Shown here piece after piece: positions 16,736 through 24,911 of a DNA stretch of 25,824 bases. The stretch's first letter is position 1, and every line of letters starts with the position of its first letter. Source of the DNA: an uncultured Janthinobacterium sp. (GTDB taxonomy: Bacteria; Vulcanimicrobiota; Vulcanimicrobiia; Vulcanimicrobiales; Vulcanimicrobiaceae); assembly GCA_964658025.1 (NCBI GenBank), contig CAZZXB010000029.1:1-25824 (forward strand), in the 5' to 3' direction. Below the pieces are notes generated by a model. The model saw only the letters and a program-made list of their open reading frames with translations. It was not told where the DNA came from and did not search any database. The position numbers were made by a program, and so were the translations under genes.

Positions 16736-17435
16736 TCTCGTTCGCATGACCGACGTGTGCGCCGGCTACGGGCGCAAACGGGTCGTGTTCGATCTCGACA
16801 TGCGCGTGGACGAGGGCGAGATCGTCGCGATCGTCGGCCACAACGGCGCGGGGAAGACGACGACGCTCCATACGCTCTTCGGCATGCAGGGCGCGCAGGG
16901 CGGAACGATCACCTATGCGGGCGAGAACGTCGCGCGTTCGACGCCCCGCCGCAACGTCCGCCGAGGCATGTCGCTCATTCCGGCGGAGCGTTTCGTCTTC
17001 GCCGATCTCACCGTCCGCGAGAACTTGCAACTCGGGGCGCTCCATCAGAAATCCGCGGTCGCGCGCAAGAAGCGGTGGGATCGCGTGCACGAGCTGTTCC
17101 CGATCCTCGGCGAGCGCGAGACGCAGATCGCCGGAACGATGTCGGGCGGCCAGCAACGGATGCTGAGCCTCGGGCTCGCGCTCATGTCGGAGCCGAAGTT
17201 ATTGCTTCTCGACGAACCGTCGCTCGGTCTCGCGCCGACGATCGTCATCGAGATCTTCCGCGCGATCCGCAAACTCGCCGACGAAGACGGTCTCTCGGTG
17301 TTGTTGCTCGAGCAGAACATCGGTCAGGCGCTGCGGATCGCGGATCGCTTCTACGTGATGCGGAGCGGCCGCGTGATCCTCGAGGAAACGGCCGCGCAGA
17401 TGGGCGCGCGCGAGGATTATTGGGATCTCTTCTGA
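16722..17435 (+). CDS. livF: ABC ATPase (LivF-like)
   Basis: GHNGAGKTT, AGTMSGGQQRML, LLLDEPSLGLAP and EQN motifs; TTG start with GGAGG upstream. Confidence 0.93.
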   Translation: MEQPSLVRMTDVCAGYGRKRVVFDLDMRVDEGEIVAIVGHNGAGKTTTLHTLFGMQGAQGGTITYAGENVARSTPRRNVRRGMSLIPAERFVFADLTVRENLQLGALHQKSAVARKKRWDRVHELFPILGERETQIAGTMSGGQQRMLSLGLALMSEPKLLLLDEPSLGLAPTIVIEIFRAIRKLADEDGLSVLLLEQNIGQALRIADRFYVMRSGRVILEETAAQMGAREDYWDLF

Positions 17436-17462
17436 TCGCGCGACCTCGCGACGCGCGACCGG

Positions 17463-17503
17463 AAAAACGAAAACGCCCACGTTCCAAGACGTCGGCGTTT
17501 CGT
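17463..17503 (-). terminator. Probable intrinsic terminator between convergent genes
   Basis: The minus strand reads aaacgcc-g-acgt-cttgga-acgt-g-ggcgttt followed by tcgttttt. It lies between the livF stop and the stop of the gene at 17532-18383 and may act in both directions. Confidence 0.7.
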
Positions 17504-17531
17504 CGCGCGAGCACGCTCGCGTCGTTCGCGT

Positions 17532-18383
17532 CTAGATGATGTAGGTCGAGTCCGGCAGGTTGGGGTTGATCTTGAAGTCGCTGAAGACTTCGTGCTCCTG
17601 GTGCGTGCCGCCGGCGTAGCAGTCGTGTTCGACGGGCAGGTGCGTCGTCGTCGAGAGAAAGAGCTGTTCCGACGTGCATCCGCGATCGGCTTTGGGATTG
17701 AGCGGGATCATCGTCTCGAGCGTCGTCGCCTCGCCGCCGATCGTCGGACCGGGCTGCTCGTAGATCTTCCCGCCGCCCGCGAGTTCGAAGCCGTTGATGA
17801 TCCACGGGAAGAATGCCGCGACGATCGTCTTTCCGGCGAGATCCATCGCCTTGGGATCGTTGATCGGCAACACGGCCTTGAGCCCGAGCGCGTTGTGCCC
17901 GCGCACGCGATTCCCGCCGTGCCACACGGCCGCCTGACCCGCGCCGTTCCCCGAAACGATATCGTTCCAGCCGAAGAGCGGTTTGCGGTACGCCATGTGA
18001 TAGAGACGTTCTTCCGTCCGTCCGCCGAACACGACGTGCGTTCTCACCGTCATCGAATACTCGTTCGCCGCCTTGTCGGCCGCGATGAACGCGTTCCAGC
18101 CCGTCAGGTTCGGGATATCGTCTTCGACGTAGGTCGTCGGGACGTAGGTCGACGCCGTGACGTCGGGCGGGACGGTGGGAAGCGGGGTCGCACCGACCGG
18201 AACCTGACCCGTGACGACCCCGGCACCCGTAGGCGCCCCCTCACCCGCCGGAGCGGCGGCGCCCGCCGGCATGGGAGCGGCGCTCGCCATCGCGGGAGCG
18301 GGCGATGCCTGTGCCAGCGCGACGAGCGGAGCCGCCGCGATCGCGGCGCACGCCGCGGCCGCGGTCAGAAGAAGATGCCTCAT
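17532..18383 (-). CDS. Secreted hypothetical protein with Ala/Pro linker and a possible LolA/RseB-like beta domain
   Basis: Signal peptide MRHLLLTAAAACAAIAAAPLVALA, then a low-complexity A/P/G tract. The C-terminal FSDFKINPNLPDSTY resembles the termini of LolA-fold proteins; the fold call is tentative. Confidence 0.7.
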   Translation of the reverse strand: MRHLLLTAAAACAAIAAAPLVALAQASPAPAMASAAPMPAGAAAPAGEGAPTGAGVVTGQVPVGATPLPTVPPDVTASTYVPTTYVEDDIPNLTGWNAFIAADKAANEYSMTVRTHVVFGGRTEERLYHMAYRKPLFGWNDIVSGNGAGQAAVWHGGNRVRGHNALGLKAVLPINDPKAMDLAGKTIVAAFFPWIINGFELAGGGKIYEQPGPTIGGEATTLETMIPLNPKADRGCTSEQLFLSTTTHLPVEHDCYAGGTHQEHEVFSDFKINPNLPDSTYII

Positions 18384-18521
18384 TCCGTATTCCTACCTCA
18401 CCTTTGACGCGTGTCGTGGGGCGCTCGTGGTTATCGCGTTCGCGCGTCCCATCTCTTGATGAAACGTACTTACACGCGCCTCCCGTTCGATTCCGCGCGC
18501 GACGCGAATGTATATTCTGCG

Positions 18522-18989
18522 TTACCGACCCACGGCGAGAACCGCGAGCGCGGCGACGGCGGCCTCGTACCCCTTGTCGCCGCGCGCGGGATCGGCGCGT
18601 TCCTCGGCCTGCGCGAGCGTCTCCGTCGTCAGGACGCCGAAGGCGACCGGCACGCGCGTCGCGAGCCCGACGTCCATGATCCCGCGCGCGCACTCGCCCG
18701 CGACGTAATCGAAATGCGGCGTGTCGCCGCGGACGACGACCCCGAGCGCGACGACGGCCTCGAAACCCGCATCGATCAAGCGACGCGTGGCGAGCGGGAG
18801 CTCGAAACAACCCGGGACGCGGACGAACGTCCGCGCGTCCGGCGCGACGCCGCAGTCGTCGAGCGCGCGACGCGCGCCGTCTTCGAGCCACGTCGCGAGA
18901 TCGTCGTAGAACGACGCCGCGACGACCGCGACGCGGTAGCCGCGCCCGTCGGGCAGGCGGGAGCGATCGCGCTCCGTCGTCGTCTTCAC
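18522..18989 (-). CDS. ribH: 6,7-dimethyl-8-ribityllumazine synthase
   Basis: VAVVAASF, VPGCFELP, GVVVRGDTPHFDYV, FGVLT and KGYEAA motifs; the GTG start overlaps the ribBA stop. Confidence 0.96.
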   Translation of the reverse strand: MKTTTERDRSRLPDGRGYRVAVVAASFYDDLATWLEDGARRALDDCGVAPDARTFVRVPGCFELPLATRRLIDAGFEAVVALGVVVRGDTPHFDYVAGECARGIMDVGLATRVPVAFGVLTTETLAQAEERADPARGDKGYEAAVAALAVLAVGR

Positions 18990-20398
18990 GCGCCGCGTCC
19001 GATGAGATGACCCATCTTCTCGCGTTTCGTCGCGAGGTAGCGCGCGCTGTGCGCTTCGGGCGGCGTCTCGAGCGGGACGCGATCGACGATCGCGAGACCG
19101 AAGCCCTCGAGCCCCGCGATCTTCTTGGGATTATTCGTGATCAAGCGCATCTCGCGAACGCCGAGATCGACGAGCATCTGCGAGCCGATGCCGTAGTCGC
19201 GCTTGTCGGCCGGGAGACCGAGCGCGAGATTCGCCTCGACCGTATCGGCCCCACGATCTTGCAGTTCGTAGGCGCGCAATTTGTTGGCGAGCCCGATCCC
19301 GCGGCCTTCCTGATGCAGGTAGAGGAGCACGCCGCGACCTTCGCGCGCGATCATCTCGAGCGCGGCGTCGCGCTGGGCGCCGCAGTCGCAACGCAACGAA
19401 TGCAACGCGTCGCCCGTGAGACACTCCGAGTGGACGCGCACGAGGATGTCTCTTCCGTCGCCGATCTCGCCCATCACCATCGCGACGTGCGCCACGTCGT
19501 CGATCGACGTCTCGTAGCCGATGCCCTTGAAACGCCCGTGGATCGTGGGTAGGTCGAACTCCGCGATGCGGCTGATCAGCTTCTCGTTGCGCATCCGATA
19601 CGCGATGAGATCTTTGACCGTCACGAGTCGCATGCCGTGCTTTTTCGCGAAGTCGCGCAACCCCGCGAGGCGCATCATCGTGCCGTCCTCGGCCATGATC
19701 TCGACGATCACGCCCGCCGGATAGAATCCCGCGAGGCGCGCGAGATCGACGGAGGCTTCGGTCTGTCCGGCGCGGACGAGCACGCCGCCGTCGCGCGCGC
19801 GGAGCGGAAACGTGTGCCCGGGACGCAAGAAATCCGACGGCCGCGCGCCCGGATCGAGTAACGCTTGGATCGTCGCGGCACGATCCTGCGCGGAGATGCC
19901 GGTCGTCGTGCGATTGCGCGCCTCGATCGAGACCGTGAACGCGGTTTCGTGGACCGCCGTATTTTCCGAGACCATGAGCGGGATCTGCAATTCGTCGAGA
20001 CGCTTGCCGATGAGCGAGACGCAGATGAGACCGCCCGCCTCCTTGCGCATGAAATTGATCGCTTCGGGCGTGATCATCTGCGCGGCCATCACGAGATCGC
20101 CTTCGTTCTCGCGGTCCTCGTCGTCGAGGACGATCACCATCTTGCCCGCGCGGATATCCGCGATCGCATCGGAGATGCGGTCGACGACGCGCTCCGTGTC
20201 GGCGCTCGGCGCGATCGGATCCGCGAACTCCGGAAGCACCTTCGCGAGCGCGCGCAACGATCGAAACGAGGGCGTCCGACGGCCGGAGCGCAGGAGGCTG
20301 ATCGCGCTCTCGGTCAGCCCCGATCCCGTGGCGAGATCCGAGGCCGTCATCCCGGCCCGGTCCATCGCCTGTTGGAGGGTGGTCGCAAAGGTGGTCAC
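18986..20398 (-). CDS. ribBA: Bifunctional DHBP synthase / GTP cyclohydrolase II with an N-terminal XRE-type HTH domain
   Basis: GTG 20398, 470 aa. HTH: TTFATTLQQAMDRAGMTASDLATGSGLTESAISLLRSGRRTPSFRSLRALAKVL. RibB motifs: DDEDRENEGD, TGISAQDR, RPGHTFPL. RibA motifs: RVHSECLTGD, RCDC, QEGRGIG, TNNP. Confidence 0.93.
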   Translation of the reverse strand: MTTFATTLQQAMDRAGMTASDLATGSGLTESAISLLRSGRRTPSFRSLRALAKVLPEFADPIAPSADTERVVDRISDAIADIRAGKMVIVLDDEDRENEGDLVMAAQMITPEAINFMRKEAGGLICVSLIGKRLDELQIPLMVSENTAVHETAFTVSIEARNRTTTGISAQDRAATIQALLDPGARPSDFLRPGHTFPLRARDGGVLVRAGQTEASVDLARLAGFYPAGVIVEIMAEDGTMMRLAGLRDFAKKHGMRLVTVKDLIAYRMRNEKLISRIAEFDLPTIHGRFKGIGYETSIDDVAHVAMVMGEIGDGRDILVRVHSECLTGDALHSLRCDCGAQRDAALEMIAREGRGVLLYLHQEGRGIGLANKLRAYELQDRGADTVEANLALGLPADKRDYGIGSQMLVDLGVREMRLITNNPKKIAGLEGFGLAIVDRVPLETPPEAHSARYLATKREKMGHLIGRGA

Positions 20399-20403
20399 GA
20401 GAT

Positions 20404-20462
20404 ACAGTAAACGCCCTGCCTTTGCATCCGTCAAGCACCTTGAATGGCTTGACGGATGCAAA
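20404..20462 (-). promoter_or_regulatory. Perfect 16-bp inverted repeat (candidate operator) overlapping a putative promoter for HTH-ribBA
   Basis: TTTGCATCCGTCAAGC (20421-20436), a 10-nt spacer, then GCTTGACGGATGCAAA (20447-20462). On the minus strand: TTGACG (20434-20429), 19 nt, TACTGT (20409-20404), 5 nt, GTG start. No SD. Confidence 0.7.
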
Positions 20463-20463
20463 T

Positions 20464-21603
20464 CTACCCGGCGAGCACTTCTTCTCGAGACGCCGCGCCG
20501 TCGCCCGATCGGCCGACGGCGGGGAACGTGACGATCGCCTTCACGATGCGATTCTCGCGCATCGCGTCGTAGGCCGCCGCGACGCCCGGAAACGGATATT
20601 CGACCGCGTCGAGCCGCTCGGCCGTCACGACTCCGCGCGAGATGAGATCGAGCGAACGCCGCGTGTCGTCGGGTCCGCACGAGTACGACGAGACGATCCG
20701 GACGTCGCGGAAGTACGCCTTGCTCTGATCGAAGATCACGCGCTCGGTCGGCTCGACCGGCGTGAACATGAGGAGCGTCCCGTCGGGACCGACCGCGTCG
20801 AGCGCCGCTTCGATCGCCGCCGGCGCCCCCGGACCGCAGATCACGGCGTCGGCGAGTCGGCCGTCGGTCGCGCTCGCGAGCGCCTCGGCGGCCTCCGAGG
20901 GGTCGAACGCCGCGACGGCGCCGAGGCGACGCGCTTCGGCCCGCCGCGCCGGGTTGAAATCCGAGACGTAGACGGTCGCGCCGAGCATCGCCGCGACCGC
21001 GACGTGCATGAGTCCCATCACGCCCGCACCGACGACGAATACCGTGCGACCCTCGACGCCCTCCGCGAACGGATCGATCCCGAACGCGCGTCGCAGCGAT
21101 TTCACGACGCACGCGAGCGGTTCCACGAGCGAGCCGTCGGCGAACGAGAGCCGGTCGGGGAGGACGAGCGTGTCGCTGAGGTTGACGCGCGGAACGCGAA
21201 AGTACTCGGCCATCCCGCCGGGATCGAGCGCGCTCGAGCGCCACGTCGCGCACTGCACGTACCGCGCGTTGCGGCACTCGTGGCAGAAGAGACACGGTGC
21301 GTGATGGTGCGCGAACACGCGCGAGCCGATCTCGATGCGACGCCCGAGGACGTTGACGGCCTCGTCGATCCCCGCGCCGAAGGCGACGACCGTTCCCGCG
21401 GGCTCGTGTCCGAATACGAAGGGCGCCTTACGACGGACGTACCACGGCATGAGATCGCCGCTGCACACGCCGCTCGCGCCCGTGGCGACGAGCAGATCTC
21501 CCGCCTCGAGGACGGGGAGCGGCCGCTCCTCGATGCGGATATCGGTCGGATCGTACATCGTCGCGACGCGCATCGATCGAGGTAACGTTTGCATCGAGGT
21601 CAC
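20464..21603 (-). CDS. Zn-dependent MDR alcohol/polyol dehydrogenase (NAD-type signature)
   Basis: GVCSGD, GHEPAG, CLFCHEC...C structural Zn site, EPLACV, GAGVMG, and Asp after betaB (VSDFN). Start is GTG 21603 (GAGGG upstream) or ATG 21594. Confidence 0.9.
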   Translation of the reverse strand: MTSMQTLPRSMRVATMYDPTDIRIEERPLPVLEAGDLLVATGASGVCSGDLMPWYVRRKAPFVFGHEPAGTVVAFGAGIDEAVNVLGRRIEIGSRVFAHHHAPCLFCHECRNARYVQCATWRSSALDPGGMAEYFRVPRVNLSDTLVLPDRLSFADGSLVEPLACVVKSLRRAFGIDPFAEGVEGRTVFVVGAGVMGLMHVAVAAMLGATVYVSDFNPARRAEARRLGAVAAFDPSEAAEALASATDGRLADAVICGPGAPAAIEAALDAVGPDGTLLMFTPVEPTERVIFDQSKAYFRDVRIVSSYSCGPDDTRRSLDLISRGVVTAERLDAVEYPFPGVAAAYDAMRENRIVKAIVTFPAVGRSGDGAASREEVLAG

Positions 21604-21662
21604 GGTGAGACCCTCGTTTTCACGGGTCGCGTGCGACGCGCGCGATCGTTGCGGAGATACGT

Positions 21663-22715
21663 TCACGGAACGCGCGCCGCCTCCGGCGCGTCCGCATCCG
21701 AGATCGCGACCTTGAGCAACTCGCCTCGGTCGAGCGCGGCGAACGCATCCGCGAGACGCGCGAGTTCGAAACGCGCGCCGATCAGACGCGTCGCGTCGAA
21801 GGCGCCGCCCGCGAGCAGTTCGAACGCGCGCGCGACCGCGCGCGGCGTGAAGTGGAACGGCGAGCGGATCGCGATCTCGTCGTAGTGGAGGCGCGCCGCG
21901 TCGAATCGGACCTCGGTCCCCGTCGGTAAACCGCCGAACAAAATAACGGTGCCGCCGCGACGGACGTACGACGGCGCGCGTTCCCACACGTCGAGCGCGC
22001 CCGTCGACTCGATCACGGCGTCGGCGCCGCGGCCGCCCGTTTTCTCGCGGACCGCCGCGACGGGATCGCCCGCGCGCGCGTCGATCGTCTCCGCGATCCC
22101 GAGTTCGCGCGCGAGCGCGAGACGCGCGTCGCGTCGACCCACGAGGATCGGTCGCAGGCCCGACGCGCGCGCGACGAGCGCGTGCAGGATGCCGAACCCG
22201 CCGTCGCCGACGATCGCGATCGCGTCGCCCGCGCGCGCGTCGAGATCCGTCTGCGCGTGCACGACGCACGCGAGCGGTTCGAGAAACGCCGCGGTCTCGT
22301 ACGTCACGTGCGACGGAACGACGAAGGCGTTGCGCGCGACGACGTGCGCGGGGACCGCGATGTACTCCGCGTACGCGCCGAGAATCTTCGTGTCCATCAC
22401 GCGCTCGCAGAGTTCCTCGCGCCCGCGCAGGCACCAATAACACGTGCCGTCGGGCGCCGAATGGACGCACGCGATCCGGTCGCCGACGGCGAACGCCGTC
22501 ACGCCCGCGCCGACGGCCGCGACGTCGCCCGAGAATTCGTGACCGAAGCGCGTCGGCATCGGCATCTGCGGATGGCCGCGCCGGTAGGCTTTGAGATCGG
22601 TCCCGTCCGAGAGCGCGACGCGGACGCGGACGACGACGCCGCCGGGCTCCGCGCGCGGGACGTCGATCTCGCGCACGACGATCTCGCGCGGCGCGACGAG
22701 GTATCCCGCCTTCAC
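21663..22715 (-). CDS. Zn-dependent MDR alcohol/polyol dehydrogenase (NADP-type signature, Cys-to-Asp Zn ligands)
   Basis: LSDGTD, GHEFSG, DGTCYWC...C, EPLACV, GDGGFG and VGRRDAR motifs. Confidence 0.9.
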   Translation of the reverse strand: MKAGYLVAPREIVVREIDVPRAEPGGVVVRVRVALSDGTDLKAYRRGHPQMPMPTRFGHEFSGDVAAVGAGVTAFAVGDRIACVHSAPDGTCYWCLRGREELCERVMDTKILGAYAEYIAVPAHVVARNAFVVPSHVTYETAAFLEPLACVVHAQTDLDARAGDAIAIVGDGGFGILHALVARASGLRPILVGRRDARLALARELGIAETIDARAGDPVAAVREKTGGRGADAVIESTGALDVWERAPSYVRRGGTVILFGGLPTGTEVRFDAARLHYDEIAIRSPFHFTPRAVARAFELLAGGAFDATRLIGARFELARLADAFAALDRGELLKVAISDADAPEAARVP

Positions 22716-22805
22716 GCGCTCAGCGATCTCGTCGCGGCACGCGCCGATGCGACGCGCGCTCGCGCGGTGCGACCGCGCGCGACGCGGACGTTCCCGTGCG
22801 CCGCA

Positions 22806-23450
22806 CTAGATCTCGTACGCCCAGGCGATCTCGTCCGTCGTCGTGCTCGTCGTTCGATAGGCGGTCGCCGCGGCGAGCGCGTACCGTGCGATCGGATCGA
22901 TCTCGAGATTCACGACGTCGCCGACTCCCTTGGGCCCGAGCGTCGTCCGGGCGAACGTCTCGGGGATGAGCGCGACCTCGAAACGGCCGTTCGCGACCGA
23001 GGCGATCGTGAGACTGATCCCGTCGATCGCGAGATACCCTTTCTCCACGACGTACGGAACGAGCGCGTCCGGGAGATCGAACGCGATCCGATGTCCCTGG
23101 CCCTCGCGTTCCTTCGAAACGATCCGCGCGGTACCGTCGACGTGCCCGTAGACGAGGTGGCCGCCGAGCCGATCTCCGAGTCGCAGCGACAATTCGAGAT
23201 TCACGGGCGAGCCCGGCGCGAGCGAACCGAGCGCGGAGCGTTCGAGCGTCTCCGGAACGACGTCGAACCGCACGCTCCGCGCGTCGTGCGAGACGACCGT
23301 CAGGCACACGCCGTTCACCGCGATCGAATCCTTCGGTGCCACACCTTCGGCGATCGCGCTCGGGCTCGTCACCGTCAGGCTCGCGCCGCCCCCGGCGAGC
23401 GTTTCGAGCGCGGCGACCGTACCGAGGTGCGCGATGAGTCCGCTGAACAC
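22806..23450 (-). CDS. ribE: Riboflavin synthase (alpha chain)
   Basis: MFSGLI N-terminus, SIAVNGVCLTV, VNLE, RLGGHLVYGHVD, KGYLAIDGISLT and VNLEID motifs. Confidence 0.96.
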   Translation of the reverse strand: MFSGLIAHLGTVAALETLAGGGASLTVTSPSAIAEGVAPKDSIAVNGVCLTVVSHDARSVRFDVVPETLERSALGSLAPGSPVNLELSLRLGDRLGGHLVYGHVDGTARIVSKEREGQGHRIAFDLPDALVPYVVEKGYLAIDGISLTIASVANGRFEVALIPETFARTTLGPKGVGDVVNLEIDPIARYALAAATAYRTTSTTTDEIAWAYEI

Positions 23451-23453
23451 GTT

Positions 23454-24540
23454 CTATCCTCTCTCGACGGGGACGGCCGAGACGAGCACGTCCGGTCCGA
23501 GCCATTCGACACGGTCGAAGCGTAGCGTGGTTCCGCCGAAATCGCGCGCGAGCACCGGAACCGCTCGTTCGCCCGAAAGCAGTGCCGGGGCGAGAAGCCA
23601 ATCGCAGCGGTCGACGAGCCCGTCCGCGAGCAGATGCGCCGCGAGCGTCGGACCGCCCTCGCAGAGGACGCTCGTGACGTCGCGCGCGCGCAACGCGACG
23701 AGCGCGTCGGCGAGATCGAGCGCGCGCGCGTCGGTCGCGCCGACGTAGAGGACGTCCGCGATCTCCTCGAGCGCGGCGAAGGCGTCGCGCATCCCGGCGG
23801 GCGCGAGGACGATCGTTTGCGCGTAGCCGTCGAGTCGTTCGAAGATCGCGCGCTCGCGCGGGACGGGTGCGCTCTCGCAGGCGACGACGCGCCGGTACGG
23901 CGTCCGTCGCGAACGCGCCGGGCGGACGCAGAGTTGCGGATCGTCGATGCGTACGGTCCCGGCACCGACGAGCACCGCATCGTGACTCGCGCGTAGGTCG
24001 CGCACGTACGCGCGCGCCTCGTAGCCCGTCAACCAGTGGCGATCGCCCGGTTCGGGCGCGACGTAGCCGTCGAGCGACGACGCCATCTTCAACCGGACGT
24101 ACGGCCGCGCGGTCGTGACGGCGCGCGCGAACGCCTCGACGAGTCCGAGTGCGAGCGCGTCGTTCGCGACGTCGACGGAGATCCCGGCGTCGCGTAAGCG
24201 GCGCACGCCGCGACCGGCGGTACGCGGATTGGGATCCATCGCGCCGACGACGATGCGGCGAATACCCGATCCGACGATCGCGCGCGTGCACGGCGGCGTC
24301 GCGCCCGTGTGATCGCAGGGTTCGAGGCTAACGTACATCGTCGCGCCGCGGACGTCGGCGCCGCGCGAGGCGGCATCGCGCAACGCCTCGACTTCGGCGT
24401 GCGCCTCACCGCGCGCGTGATGGAACCCCTCGCCGAGCGTCCGCGTGCCGTCGACGATCGCGGCGCCGACGGTCGGATTCGGCGAGACGCTCCCGCTGCC
24501 GCGCGCGGCGCAAGTAGAGCCGGTCGAGCGCCGAGAGCTC
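23454..24540 (-). CDS. ribD: RibD deaminase/reductase; 5' end frameshifted as given (pseudogene or sequence error)
   Basis: The main frame has AARGSGSVSPNPTVGA...HAEVEAL, LEPCDHTGATPPC, DPNP, SLDG, GTVRIDDP and EGGPTL. The first helix, ELSALDRLYLRRA, lies in another frame joining near 24502-24511. There is no in-frame ATG/GTG/TTG before the HAE motif. Confidence 0.85.
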
Positions 24541-24542
24541 GG

Positions 24543-24827
24543 CTACGGCTCGACCTGCACGCCCTTCCAGAACGCGACGTGATCCTTGATCTGCTTCGCC
24601 GCGTCCTTGGGCGCCGGGTAGAACCACGCGGCGTCGGGATTCTCTTTTCCGTCGACGACGATCGTGTAGTAGCTCGCCTCGCCCTTCCACGGGCACGTCG
24701 AACGCGTCGCGCTCGCTTTGAACGCCGACCGATCGATCGAGTCGGGCGGAAAATACAGATTTCCTTCGACGGTCTCCGTCGCGTCGCTCTGCGCGATCGT
24801 CGCGCCGTTCCAAGTTGCCTTCGCCAT
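24543..24827 (-). CDS. DUF427 (NTP_transf_9-like) small protein
   Basis: ATG 24827 with AAGGAGG SD; MAKATWNGATIAQSD...VEGNLYFP...CPWKGEASYY...AAWFYP...IKDHVAFW. Confidence 0.9.
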   Translation of the reverse strand: MAKATWNGATIAQSDATETVEGNLYFPPDSIDRSAFKASATRSTCPWKGEASYYTIVVDGKENPDAAWFYPAPKDAAKQIKDHVAFWKGVQVEP

Positions 24828-24911
24828 AGATCCTCCTTCGGGATACCGTGTCGTCCAACCCGGCCCGACGCGCGATGGCTTCACCTCGCGTCGCCGTCGC
24901 GCCGCCGGTTC

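Noticed and set aside
18495..18521. Short GAAT-ATAC-ATTC hairpin after the ribH stop
   Set aside because: The stem is weak and has no U-tract, so it cannot be supported as a terminator.
20421..20462. Inverted repeat interpreted as IS/MITE ends or a CRISPR repeat
   Set aside because: It is a single copy with a 10-nt spacer, with no transposase, target duplication, array or cas genes.
24828..24911. Possible FMN riboswitch ahead of the rib genes
   Set aside because: This and the other intergenic regions upstream of rib genes are 90 nt or shorter and show no recognisable RFN consensus.
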